From Octopus sinensis (taxonomy: Eukaryota): a DNA stretch of 64,000 bases. The notes beneath the pieces are model-generated. The model did no database searches, was not told where the DNA came from, and was given only the letters and a program-made list of their open reading frames with translations. The stretch's first letter is position 1. The number at the start of each line of letters is the position of its first letter. The translations under genes were made by a program, and so were the position numbers. Where the stretch lies: positions 310,001 to 374,000 of the forward strand of contig NW_021832223.1 of the NCBI RefSeq assembly GCF_006345805.1, read 5' to 3'. Of this stretch, positions 1-13,954 are shown piece after piece.

Positions 1-620
1 ATCAAGAAAAAATGTCAGAAAAATTACGAAAAAAGCTACAAAACCTTGCAAATGAAGTGGAAAAGTACAAAAACAAAGCGAAAATGTATGTATATGTAAA
101 GATGCTAGCGCGAAAAAAGAAATCTGAAAACCTAACAGTTCATGATGAACTCGAAAGAACTATTTAACAACAACCAGAACGCACAGACACATTTGAACAA
201 ACAAAGGCACCCACCAAGGAGACGCCCTATCCCCGGTCTTACGACCCTACGAGATGCCAGGAATAATATCCCAGACATATTACAGAAGTCATCTTCGCAG
301 ATGACATAGATCTCAGGCAGCAGACTACCATTAGAAGGTATTATGGACAAATTGGGCCAACACATTTGAAAAATCATTCCTAAAATTAACACTGAGAAAA
401 CAATACACTATAGTGAGGCGATGTGAACAACGACACGAGAAAATGGAGGCATACAAAGAAACATGGCACTTCTTAGGAGATACAGAAGACATGATACGAA
501 GAAAATCACTAACAACTTTGCGCTTAAAAAAATTAAACAACGTATGGTTGAGAGGTAAACAAATTTCTGAGTCTATAAGATAAGTCTCAATATTTATTTT
601 AAAGAAATAATCAGTTAATT
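1..620 (+). mobile_element. Degenerate non-LTR retrotransposon RT remnant (RTE-like)
   Basis: Broken frames give VIFADDIDL (RT [YF]ADD motif), KINTEKT and LGDTEDMIRRKSLTTLRLKKLNNVWLRGKQISE, with several frameshifts and stops. Confidence 0.6.
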
Positions 621-663
621 TTGATAAAGAATAATCAGCAGTTTTCAATTAAAAAAAATTTTG

Positions 664-863
664 CGGCAAAGAGATATTAATTATTTTAATAAGATGGAAA
701 TTAGGATTCGCTAGTGGCCGCACCGCCGATAGCAAGCGACTTACCTCGCAATGTTGCTATAGATACCCTCTGGTACAGCCAGCTGGTTTCCCAGTGGTCA
801 TTGGTCTTCCTCCCAATGAGCTTCCCAATGACCGAAAGAATCCTCTTCCCCGCAGGACAATTA
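664..863 (-). mobile_element. 5'-truncated CRE-like non-LTR element (C-terminal end of restriction-like endonuclease)
   Basis: Translates to GKLIGRKTNDHWETSWLYQRVSIATLRGKS. Flanked by a 14-bp direct repeat TAAAAAAAATTTTG at 650-663 and 864-877 (TSD). Confidence 0.75.
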
Positions 864-1228
864 TAAAAAAAATTTTGGACTTTTCATTTTAAATTGAATA
901 AATTGTAGATGTCATTTTCCTGTATAAGTCAACGAAGTGTTTATGAAAACCATGTTGTAGCCAAAGAAAAGACAAAACTTTCCAAACGGAATTCAGCAGA
1001 GAAAATCATTTGAAAATTGAATTTTTTTTAGTGATTAGGCCTCACTTATTCTATTAAAAACAAAAAATTAACAACTATATATTTTGAAGAACCGCTTAAT
1101 CAATTATTGTCAGGTTTTCGACTATCGCAAATTTTTTCTAAAACTTTGAAATCATTTTAAAAAACCAAATGATTAGTTTAGTTGTGACTGTTTGTGCTGG
1201 GCTTGCCATGTTGTGCAAGCTTGGGGGT

Positions 1229-1270
1229 TATAAATAAATAATAATAATAATAAATAATAATAAATAAAAA
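1229..1270. repeat. Imperfect (AAT)n/(AAAT)n microsatellite
   Basis: taaataaataataataataataaataataataaataaaaa. Confidence 0.8.
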
Positions 1271-1829
1271 ACCAAAGTGAAAAATGATAAAATCTGCATA
1301 GATTTGGAAATTCGGAACTGTTTTGTATTTTTGTGTCCAAATTGAGGTCAAATTATTGATGGTATGAAAAATATATTTTACGCTGTCATTGTGAGCCAAA
1401 AATGGAATTTTTAGGAAAATCTGACTTTGGTAGAGCAAGGAAACAAATTGAAATGTTTAGACAAGATTAGCAATTGAGAATTAAAAATAAAAGAAATTAA
1501 AAAAGAAAAGCACCGTTTATATTTTCTTGAATTAATAATTTGAATGCTTTTATCAATTTATCTAGACATGACAATTTAGGTTCCTATAAATTAGATTTGA
1601 CACAAGTATAATTGTAGGGGGAAATGTAACATTATCCAATGAATTTGTTTAAAATTCAAAAGGTTTTTAAACTTAAAAAGAATTTCATTTTTAAATAAAT
1701 AACACACCGCTCCAAATTATTCAACAAATTTCTCGATGTAATCTGCCCTTGTAGTTATAATTTTTCTATGGATTGGAAAACGGTTTTTGTATTCTCTCCG
1801 CAAAGCATCCTCTTATCCATTTATTTAAC

Positions 1830-2300
1830 CCCATTCCCCCTGAAATTGAGAGGAATGTAACACGAAGAAAACCGATAGACTTCTTAGGGTCACACCATAA
1901 GTTAAGGAGGGAGTTAATCTTATATGATCTTCTTATAGCGGTGAGGTTTTTGTGTTTCTGTGTGTCGTCCGTCATGGCAGATTGGACAGGACGGATCGAC
2001 GTCCTTATCCAGTTTGTTTTGATAGTCGAGGAGTAAAGGGTGATGCCAACAGCGAAATCTTGCAAGTTCGATCCGATCTTTGCGGTTGAGATCTTTATTA
2101 GCTGAGTTTATTTGGGGGGAGTGTTGTTTGCGGTTAATGCGTTCAAGGAGGATTTTGTTATTTGTTTTTTTATTTCAGATGGTTTTTAATAGAGAATGAA
2201 TTTAGAATACGACTGTAGTGGAGTGCTGGTGTGTTTTTGATGTTCGTGTCAGTGGTTGGTGTTGTCGTAAGATTGTGAATTTGGTGGTTTTTGATCATAT
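1830..2300 (-). mobile_element. Degenerate LINE 3' remnant (C-terminal CCHC-type region, I/Nimb/Ingi-like)
   Basis: TPPQINSANKDLNRKDRIELARFRCWHHPLLLDYQNKLDKDVDPSCPIC, then LWCDPKKSIGFLR in another frame. A related remnant lies at 28240-28440. Confidence 0.55.
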
Positions 2301-3945
2301 TCGCTCTCTTATCCATGTTATTAATAACGAGATAATTGAACTCAATAAATATCCCGAAAAATCAAACCCAACTAAAAGACTATTTTTATATTCCAAAGCA
2401 AATGTATGACAGAGCTGTGTAGTACCTATCACAAATGGACTGACATAATAAACCTCGTTGCAAATATATCCTCTTATTTGAAAGACAAGATTTAAATCTA
2501 TAAATATCCAGACAGAAATAAAGATGATGGTGAGGTGAAGGGACAATGAACATGATTCAATTATTAATTTGTTACTAATATTTGTGTTTTATTGGGTTTC
2601 AAATATAAACTTTAATTCAAACTACTTTTAGCTAATTCAAATTTATTTGTAAAAGAAAATAATTCCTTTTTATACACATAGAGGTATAAAAGCATACAAC
2701 TTTAAAATGCCTCAAACATGTTTACAGTAAAACCTCTGGTGCTCGCCATTTTCGGGACCAAAGAAAAAATGGCGAGCAATAGAATTTGGCGAGCAATGGA
2801 AATAATCAATAAATTTTTTGACTTTGAAATTTTGAAAACATCTCGGTTTTCGATACTTTCCGATCATAAGTGAGCCTTCCAAGTCATATTTGAGTAAAGC
2901 AACAAAGAGAATCGAAAGAAATTAAAAGGAAAAAATTAACTAAAAAATCTTTAATAGTTTTTTTAATTCAGCCATATTTCTAATAACGGTGTCGATTAGT
3001 TCCAACGAATTTATATCAAAATTTTCATTTTGATAAAAGAATGACTTTATTTTTTTCAACATTTTCAAAGCCTCTTCTGAATTCACATGAGATTCGTCAT
3101 TATGGGTATCTTCATCTTCTATTTTTGTGGGAAAGAATCTCCAGCAATATTAAGGTAATCTTCAATTTCATATATTTCGGTAAATTCATGATTAATAAAA
3201 TCATCTTTATCCACCGGGTCCAATATTTTCAAGATATTTACCATTTGATCATAATTATCAATTTCAACAGTTTGTCTTTCGAGTTGATTTTCACATTCGA
3301 TCCATTTTGAATGTCCGAAACAATTTGTAATTGTTTTAATCGTTACTTTTTTTCCAGGCAAAATATGTAAAAAGAAGACCGTCTTTTAAGGTTAATTTTT
3401 TATGAGCTTCCAGTGGATTTTCTCCATTATCAATTTTTTCTAACATAAACTCAAATTTAAATTTATTAAAATGTCCTTTAAAGATCTAATGATTCCTTGA
3501 TCCATTGGTTGTAAAATTGTTGTAGTCTTCGAAGGTAGGTAAAGAACTTCAATTGACTCTAAATCAGCGTAAAGTTTATGGGATGGGCATCGATCCACAA
3601 CTAAAAGAATTTTTCGTTTTTTAGAAGCCTATCCCATGTTAAAAGCCATTCGTTAAAAATTTTACTTGTCATCCATGCTTTTGGTGAATGACAGTAATTG
3701 ACAAAATTTCCGACTTTAAAATTTTTAAAGCAGCGAGGTTTCTGGAACTTTCCAATCATAAGTGGAATTTTTTGTTTGTCCCAGTCATATTTGAGCATAG
3801 CAACAAAGAAAATCTAAAAAATAAATAAAAATTAAACCGTTCTTTAAGGATTTTATGTCCATATCGAACCTTCTGACAAACACTTTTTGGAGGGATAGAT
3901 TTGTAAAAAATCCCAGTTTCATCAGCGTTATAAATGTTTTCAACT

Positions 3946-4871
3946 GGTACTTTTGTCGAATGTCGCAGTTTTTAGAAGATAATTAAATTAATTAATTTTT
4001 TTAGTGAAAATAGATTATTTAATTTATAACCCTCTATCAATAATTTAAATGGTTATTAAAATTATTTAAAAATTTATTTACCAATTTAGTCATTTTTAGT
4101 ACGCGGCATCCAAATTCCAGGACTGTAGAAGGAATTTATGTCTTTTACAATCTGTGCAAAAGATTCCTTATAGTTCTGTATTTGTTTTCGCCACATAAAT
4201 TCTGAAAAAATAACTAACTAAAAAAACCTGCGAAATAAGATCCCAGATGATGTCTTACAGCTCCTCTTTGAGCTTTATTCTTGCATTTTGCACTTCCCCA
4301 CATTCGTTCTACTGTCTGGGTGTGCACTCTTCCAGAGTTGTTTTTCCGTTTGGAAAACATACTCTCGTCTACCTCCACAATCATACCAGGACCACCTGAA
4401 ATAAACATTAATAATACCAATTTTGCCGTCAGATCTTTTAACAAGTGCGTCCACACAGACTTCACGTAAAAACATAGCCCAATCGACATATGTATGTTCA
4501 CCCCAATTGTATTCGTGATGAAGCCATTTGAAGGTATGCCTATCGTAACTCCATAAGTATATGTAGGCGATGACATCCTCAAATGGCAATCTACAATTCT
4601 CTAACCAGGTATCTAGAATTATTTGAGAGAAATTATACCTTTTTTAATAGAACATTGGACTCTACAACCAACTCTTGAGCATTTCCAATTGAGCTTCGGT
4701 CCCAAGACTAATTCCATCTGATGTCCCTTCGGACATATACGTGATTTTGAAAGGATATCCACATTTTGCAGAAAATGCACTGCATCCTCCTTACTTATTG
4801 GGATTTTTAAAAAGGCCTATTAGATTTTTTAAAAGGCCTAAAAAAACTGCGACCACTTCGACAAAAGTACC
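3946..4871 (-). mobile_element. Merlin (IS1595/ISXO2-like) transposon, internally deleted, nested in the pogo element
   Basis: TIRs GGTACTTTTGTCGAA..GTCGCAGTTTTT at both ends. 9-bp TSD ttttcaact/ttttcagca. GGPGMIVEVDESMFSKRK is joined directly to VHTQTVERMWGSAK, so the central DDE region is deleted. Confidence 0.9.
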
Positions 4872-5011
4872 TTTTCAGCATTATATTGTTGAATCTTTGC
4901 AGAGATCAAAGAAGTAAATGCATCAATTTCTTGTTTCTGATCAACTTTTATATAAAAAATAGTTTAACCAAAAAAAATATTTTTAAAAATTAGTGGCGAG
5001 ATTTAGAAAAT

Positions 5012-5146
5012 GCCGAGCAATAGAATATTTATCAAAATTTACTAGAAATTTCTAATTTTTTGAAAAATATGTGGCGAGCAATAGAATATTTATCAAAATT
5101 TACTAGAAATTTTTAATTTTTTGAAAAATATGTGGCGAGCAATAGA
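5012..5146. repeat. 61-bp tandem duplication in the pogo subterminal region (about 2.2 units)
   Basis: Units starting G[CG]CGAGCAATAGA at 5012, 5073 and 5134. Confidence 0.85.
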
Positions 5147-5209
5147 GGTGGCGAGTAACAGAGGTTTTACTGTATTTCAAACATGTCCAGCTAACATTCA
5201 ACAGTGAAA

Positions 5210-6130
5210 GAAGTTCAAGGCTGGGTCTTATTAAGAATCGGTTTTATATTATTAAAATTGATTTTTGGATTTATTTTAATTTCTTATTTTTGTGTGATTA
5301 ATCATTTTTAACACATAATCCAGTATTTTCGTACTTAGCAATAATTTCAGACAATTAAGGGAGAGAAAATAAAGGTTAGATTTATTTATCCGAAAAATAT
5401 CAAAGAATTAGTAAACTAAGAAAAAGTGCTAATCCCGTAATAACCAGTCTATGCTGAAATCTGCCGGTTCTTTAGTTTCTAAAATGAAAAAAATGAAAAA
5501 AATTCAAACTGTTATTATTGGGAGGGGCATCATTTTGATGAAATCTAGTTTTATGTTATAACATGGAATACGAAAATGCACTATTGGTTCCCGTGGACAT
5601 TAATTCATGTAGGACTGCCATGGTCACTTCATTTTTGGGATTGACTTGATAGTCTGGGTGTAAGGACTGGCCAAACCTTTGTATTCGGTGAATTTTGAAT
5701 TATCCAACTTCCAAATACTGGCATGTTTCTCATCGTTGCACTTTGGACACTTTTTCATTCCAAATAGCGCGATGAAACTCTCTATTTATACTAGTCCGGC
5801 ACGTGCGTATACACAAGTATCATTTTGATAAACTCGGCAAATTTATGAACATATGTGAGTGATATGGTCTTACTCAGAGGACTGGATAGTCACACAAATT
5901 TGGTTCTTGCTCTGTAAGTAATACAGTATTTTCCATGTTTTATGGATTAAGATTTAATTCCGCACTTTTGATTGTTTTATGAATATATGTATTTTGTGGC
6001 CTTGTAAGTTTTAATTGGTTAATTACATGACTATACTTTATTGCTTAGAAGTGTGTTTGAGATTAATATTTTCGAGGTTACTTTACTTAAGTAATATTGT
6101 GGTATATGCAAAAATTCATAATTAAATGCA
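5210..6130. repeat. About 0.85-0.9 kb duplicated segment, inverted copy at about 57500-58330
   Basis: Long near-identical tracts, e.g. 5700-5830 vs the reverse complement of 57715-57845. Confidence 0.9.
5429..5758 (-). CDS. Putative spliced micro-gene or pseudogene, copy A (paralog of 57784-58106), with eh1-like C-terminus
   Basis: Three GT-AG introns (23, 27 and about 31 nt) give MKKCPKCNDEKHASIWKLDNSKFTEYKDYQVNPKNEVTMAVLHELMSTGTNSAFSFHQNDAPPNNNKTKEPADFSIDWLLRD*. Exon lengths match copy B. True start is uncertain. Confidence 0.55.
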
Positions 6131-6749
6131 TCATCTTTCCCGATACGTGTATAAGTTAAATTGGTGTTTAATACTAATTACTGGGCATTGTTAATAACTA
6201 AGAGGACTACTTTTGTGCATATATTTTAAATTTACAAAAATTTGTGTTTCCAAACTTTTTGTATAAGCAGTTCCTTTTCAAGAATATTATTATTTTTTGA
6301 TTAATAGTTCTATCGACGGAATCAAGTCCCCAGTTTGAAATTACAATATGTATTTTATTATGTCAGATAGTTTTGCAAAAACTAGGTACGATGTTACAAT
6401 TGCAACTGAACTGAAAATACAACATAAATACCTGATATATTCTTTTAATACAAAAAAATTAAGATGGAAGTTGCCAACTCTATAAATAATCGAAAATCTA
6501 TGAAAGTAGACTTTTTCATTCCAAAGGGGCGGGAGTTGGCAAGACTGCGAAAATATGACATTCCAGAATTTAAAATTAATTTAGAAAGTTAGGATAATGA
6601 TTGTAACGATTTTCCTGAGATAAGATTTTATCTACATTTTTTCAGAATATAGACCTTTTTAGGATCAAAGAAAGTGTCAAGGATTACAATCACTTTGAAC
6701 AAAAATTGAAAGGTGGCTTTTAACTACAAATTAAATCTTAAGAATACGT

Positions 6750-6900
6750 CCCAAACAAACGAATTTGCACAGAATAAAACAGTCATTTCATCAGGTCGTT
6801 TCCCGTCGCTGCGACCAACCTCAATATATTCAAACATAAAAAAAATCGGCGACATCACAATGACGTTGCATTCCGGATAAACATTCCTGTACACTGCACA
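6750..6900 (-). mobile_element. Internal CRE-like RLE fragment
   Basis: GRSDGKRPDEMTV..FVWD resembles the RSDGKRPDG..VWD PD-(D/E)xK core. No TSD seen. Confidence 0.5.
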
Positions 6901-7081
6901 GGACGAGAAATAATATATACAGACCATCGTAGTTCACAGAGACGCAGTACGCCGTAGGGTGAGGTCAGAACTAACCAAATTGATATAAAGAGCTAACAAA
7001 GCAACAAAACAAACAGAATTAAAGAGAAATATTAACCCGTGGATCGAGGTTAGACAAGTACGGTTAGTAAAATTAGAGAAA

Positions 7082-8609
<1,528 letters not shown>

Positions 8610-9004
8610 CACAGCGAATGCAACGCGATATTAATTATAACATTATTCTATCATAATATAACTAATTCTCTTTTACTCATTTTAATTAGGAGTGCCTTAA
8701 ATTTAAGTTTTTCCTTTGTTGTTTAAGTCCACTTAACTATTTAATAAGAGACATTCCAAAGGACATTAATTGATCTTTATGGACATACTTCAGTGGATTT
8801 GTACCCAACATTTGACGTCTCTTATCTTCCAGGTTTATTTTCCGTTGAGGAATCTGGACATCTTTTTGCCTTCTTATTCGTTAAAGTCATTTTTAGTTTC
8901 CCCGATAGAGCAATTTCTCAAAGATCAACCAAAATGTATTACTCGACGAACCTTTTCTCTCACAAACAAACAATAACAATCCCAGAAATCAATAATAACA
9001 ACAA

Positions 9005-9292
9005 TTAACATTTAGCTAGCCATTTCCATGTGCATGTTTTAAGATAAACGTCAAACAGGAATTCAGGAGGACATTCCCTGACGCGAGGCCGAGCACCTTT
9101 TTGCGAGCAAATAACAAATTTAGAACAATCCGAGTGCTTGTGGATGCCAGCATGTGTACAAACGTATTCTTCAATCGGCTTAGTAGTGTCAGCAGAGACT
9201 CCACTCTTCCTGTCTTTAGTGGAATAGAGAGACCGATTGGACACTCTGACAGTCGAGCAAATCAGTATGAATCCAAGCAAGTAGGCAAACAT
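9005..9292 (-). CDS. Small secreted protein with one chitin-binding type-2 (peritrophin-A/CBM14) domain
   Basis: Hydrophobic N-terminus MFAYLLGFILICST. Six-Cys domain CTHAGIHKHSDCSKFVICS..ECPPEFLFDVYLKTCTWKWLAKC. Confidence 0.75.
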   Translation of the reverse strand: MFAYLLGFILICSTVRVSNRSLYSTKDRKSGVSADTTKPIEEYVCTHAGIHKHSDCSKFVICSQKGARPRVRECPPEFLFDVYLKTCTWKWLAKC

Positions 9293-9407
9293 TGACAGTC
9301 TGAGAATTGTCTTATTTATGGCAGTAATCAACACCTTCTGGATTACAGACAATCTGTGCTAATTAAATGAGCAATTAATGGTAAAAAATATTCAAAAAAC
9401 TGGCAAA

Positions 9408-12400
9408 TCAATCGACAAACAATCCGTGCCAACGGTCGGGGACCATCCACAAGTAGGAATTGAGAGCCCGCAGAAATCGACTCCGATAGTGCGAAGGATT
9501 CAAAATTGTGGGGGCCTTGCCTCAAAAATCAAGACCACTCCAAACCAATCGAGCCAAGAATGCCCGAGGACTTGATGGCCGTCTCCAGACGCTTCAACAA
9601 AGTATATGTCTGCAGGTAATCTACCATGACAAGGACACATCACCGACTAATCCCACAAAAACTGATTTCTGAGTATTATTGACTGCCAAGAGAAGGGAAT
9701 AGTCGACAATCCCATTCGACAGGAGGAACTGAGTGTCGTCTTCCAAAGCAGTCATCAGCATCTGCTTTGTGTAGAACGACACAAAAATGGTGTCCTCGAC
9801 TCCCCCTGCACTCACTTACATACGACAACTCTCAAAAAAGTTTTGATCCATCAGCACTGAACTCAGAGACTCGTCCACCAGCCGATTTCTGACGGATCCC
9901 TTCAAATCGTAGATCTGAGTAGACAAATCAAATCCAACCTGTCGAATGAATAGGCGTGGAATAAATTCTCCATCACAATCAGATCAATGCTCGTAGTGAC
10001 CTCACTACTCAGATTACGACAGGACACGTGGTAAAACCCCACGATTTTTGCCAGGACACAGGGTTTCTGGGTAGACAACAAGAACAACGTGTGTTTGGTG
10101 TCTCCTGAGGATGTGCTCCGTCAGTTCTGGGCATAACTTCTCGAGGCATTCGAGTTCGACAGAATTGACTGTTTTCATCACAAATCGGCCGTCTTGTCGT
10201 AAATAAAACTGACAACCAGCAGTTTTGTAAAACAATGACTTGGAACTTCCCCCAGCCGACTTCCAGGGAATACAGTCCCGCAATGATCTGATAAAGTCGT
10301 CGTGTGAAGACTCGATCACCGCATCACGGAACCAGTGAAACATTTTACCGTGGAGAACCACGCATTTAAACCACACTCGCGAGTCACCAAACTCTATTTC
10401 GTGATTTCCCAACAAAACCTATCGTGAATTGCTTTTCCGTCGTTTCCGCCGAACTGTCGAGGTCCCGGGCTCCCCACCTGTCCACCATATCACGGTAAAG
10501 AGGGGTACTGAACATTATCACCCTCAACAACTTCAACACGTGGGCGATGATGGTTCCCGGACATTCCACGTCGATGACTACGAGGAGACTGTTGAATCCA
10601 CACTCCAAGTAAATGTTGCTCACTCCCCTACAGTCACACAAATGTCAACACCAGGGGGAAACGATTTTCGGGAGACAATCCGTCGACTTGGCACGACAGC
10701 ACGTGGATAGCTGTTCTTGGTATGAAAGACCTTCGAACTGAATGACTGAGGCATTCCACTTTTGGGAGGACACTTTGGCCACAAACACCCCCGAGTGGTC
10801 GATTCGGTGGACAGGACAGTCCTCACTGCCAGTCATCAAACAAATCGACTTGTTCCAGTGAGACACGAGGTTGAACACGGAAGCCTTCACTCGGATCAAG
10901 GAGTCCTCGAGGATGTGAGTGCCACACATTTCCTTCTTGATCAACTCGTCAATCGCCATCATCGACTGTCGGACTGTCTTTTCCAGTTTCTAAAGAATGG
11001 GGATTCAAAATGACCCAAAACGTGAGGAAAAACTGAGAACTGGACATTCTCTCTTCCAGAACTGTCACTTCATCAACCAGAGCATCGCAGAAAGCAGTGG
11101 CTCTGCCGAGTTTAGGACAAATAGAAACCTCTCAAGAACAGAAGCCAAATCCTTCGGATAATTAGGAGTAAAAGTGGGAATATTCTTCCGAGGAATGAGC
11201 ACTTCATAACACGTGATGTGAAGAACTCTACTGAATACTACAATCCAACTCACCGAATCGAGAACAGCGACTTGGCCACGGCATAAAAAATAATTCCGTG
11301 GGTGAGCAAGGAATGTCCGCACCCCTCCATCCCCAGCGAGTCCGCGGTGAATAGAATTCTCATAAAACGGACAAAAGAGACCGTCTGTCCACACAGGTAC
11401 CCCACAGAGGAAGTCTGAGGATACACACACCGACCAACTGTTTTGCAGGACACACAATAAGTCCAGCAAATAATTTCCTGGGCGGATGGAAGTGACCGTT
11501 TGGGGGGAATAACCGCAATCACCACCTGCCTACTTCCGTGGACCAATCTGAGCAGGTGGTCGTTGAAGGATGAGCCACACTGACAGTTCGTCCTAAACAT
11601 ATAATCCAAGACTACCTGAAAGCATGTCTCCGAATAAAATCCCCCAAAGATTGGTCATCGTTCAATTCCTCCACTCTGATATCAACGCAAGGAAACATGT
11701 GCTGTCTCAGAGGCAGTTTTTGCACGTTGAATGTGCAGAACAGGTTGGTCTGGTTGACTGGGTCTATAAACAGAGTCTCTTCTAAAGTAGGCGGCATGTC
11801 CTCTCCAACACAGAAGGGGATGATGCTCCGGAAATGAGCCAGTCGGTCGGGAGAGGAGGGAACAGGCCGGCAATGAGGGACAGAGGAAGATGAGATGTCT
11901 TCCTGAGGGACACTGGACTGCCCACTTTCTGAGGAAATCAGTCCCGAATGGAGAATGATAGTCTCGACTAGTGAGGACACATAGCTGTAAGTAGTGAGGG
12001 AGTTGGGGGTGATAGCGAATGGGAAGGACACCACGTCGTCGATTTGCAGAGTCGTTGGATGTTGGGAAAAGTGACCAACGAAGCCCACAATCAGCATGAG
12101 AATTCTGGAAAGCACATTATTCTTAATGTTTTGTTGAATTTTCTCGTCAGATGTGCTGGTCAGGTGGTCCTTCTGCTGGGAAATGTGTTCGAATAGAAAT
12201 TGGGTCGTTTCGTTGGGGGAGGACAACTCAAAGACATGAACAGAATCCTCCGTGAATACACGGAATGAACGACGAGCCAACACAAAGCTGATCGGTCGGA
12301 CCCTCACAAAGTCCTCGGAGTCACGTAAAATGCATTCCAGGCTCCAAAAAAGGGACATTTCACTAAAACAGGACAAAACAAAGTCGAGGATCAAACGGAA

Positions 12401-13858
12401 TGCCCGAATGGTCTATTTTGTAAACACATTCCCCCAACCCTCGCCAATCCACTCCTATCTTTCCCTGAGATAATAACTGTGTAATATTTGGGTCGCGTGG
12501 ACCCCGAGAAACACACAAAACTACGTTTGTGGCCACGGACAGAGACGAATTGGCGGACGGAAAAAGACGGAGACCTCCCCAAACACACCTCCGCCTCCAA
12601 AGCATTGACCGAAGCCACCACCTCCGCTCCCGTAAAGAAGGCAAGTCTCTCAATCACTTTCTACACTCCTTTAATCATTTACCATTTTGACGTTAGACAG
12701 GAGCAGGATTCCGTGAAACAGCAGCAGACGTCGTAGAAACCCGCTCGCCGCCCCCTCCGTGATGACCACGTGCGGGCAAATGAGTTTGATTTTGGCGAAT
12801 ATTTTGAGTTGGTATATTTCCGCCTGCTGAATGAGAGGGACTACCTCAGACTGGAATTCCGTCAACGGAACATAGCCTGCGGTGTTTCGGAAATCCACTG
12901 ACCCCGAGATAAGCAACAATGAGACATTTTCCATGTCCTCGATCACGTTTTTGTGTTCAAATTGATACGAAAAACCCACTCCCTGGAAGAACTGAATGGC
13001 AGGCTCGTCGCAGACCACCATCTGCTGTCCACCAGTGCCAGAACTCACTGATTTGACGTGATAGGGATAGTCTTTGTACTCCGGAGGGTCGACTGGGATC
13101 AGTTTTCGCAGTTCGTTGACAGTTTCGATGGTCTTTAATGCCCAAATGTGTTCAATTTTCCTCAATTTGAACAACGAGAAAGTCAGTTCTCTGAAATACT
13201 GACTGAATTTGTTTCTAAATAATATAAAACAGTACAACTACCCGTTCTCATTCGAACGTGGGTGACTGCTGTGTTGTAATTCCATTTTTACTGGTTTATT
13301 GTACGCGGGACAACCTGGGATGTCGAGAGACTGCAGAAACTGTCCGTATTTGTCCGCAAGGACCACCGTATCGTGGAAAAACGGAGGAGAAACGCAAATT
13401 AGAGGGAAGTTAGGGTCATCAGTCATGTTTTGGGTCGACAGGAGTTCTAAGTAACTCGATTTGGGGAGGACAGGATCCCTCGCGGTCTGGGAATTCCTTC
13501 TGATGGATACGGCCGGCTGGTTAGTTTTTGGTCGGCAGTAGAGGCACGTGACCTCCTTCGAGTCTACGGGGATGGGACTGTCGGGACAACCAGTCGACAT
13601 GGCCGGACACCACTGCGACGAACAGTTCGAACAAAACCGCTTTTGGCAAAGACCGCACTGTTTTTGGAAAAATGAAATGCTGGTTCGACACTCAAAACAT
13701 TTTTTGTCCTCAGACATTTTGTCATATTTCTGGGTTGTTGTAGTCGGGGTCACCTTGAGGACACTTTCCGTGTATTTGTCGGGGTCCATCTGGACGCTCA
13801 GTCTGTCTACGTCTTTTGGACTATTTGATGTGACCCATCCGTGTTTGGGTGAGGACAT
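9408..13858 (-). CDS. PIKFYVE: PIKfyve/Fab1 PI3P 5-kinase, multi-exon, compact
   Basis: N-terminal FYVE-like Cys finger, Cpn60/TCP1-like domain (IERLAFFTGAEVV), and PIPK domain (FVMKTV, LIVMENLF, IVDYSLLL, DYLQTYT). C-terminus PTILNPSHYRSRFLRALNSYLWMVPDRW. Many 23-27 nt introns; not every junction resolved. Confidence 0.9.
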
Positions 13859-13954
13859 TTTGTTTCCACCTCACTGGTTTAATTTATTTAAATTATATTT
13901 AGAATAAAATTTAGTTAATTATGGCCAACTAAATAAGTTCTGAACAATAAAAAT

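Larger units (their letters stand above)
2725..5172 (-). mobile_element. pogo/Tigger DNA transposon, degenerate, interrupted by a Merlin element
   Basis: TIRs CAGTAAAACCTCT / AGAGGTTTTACTG with TA on both sides (2723-24, 5173-74). Repeated subterminal GGCGAGCAATAG. Transposase remnants NIYNADETGIFYKSIP and IGKFQKPRCFKNF..AWMTSKIFNEWL. Confidence 0.9.

Noticed and set aside
1178-1438. 86-aa ORF next to the AAT repeat
   Set aside because: It runs through the microsatellite and has no recognisable motif; possibly a decayed LINE end but unsupported.
2712-5186. TCAAACATGT on both sides of the pogo element
   Set aside because: It is not adjacent to the TIRs, and the TA duplication already explains the insertion; probably chance or an older local duplication.
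6471-6542. 10-bp inverted repeat TTGCCAACTC...GAGTTGGCAA
   Set aside because: Too short, with no TSD or second copy to support a MITE or structured RNA.
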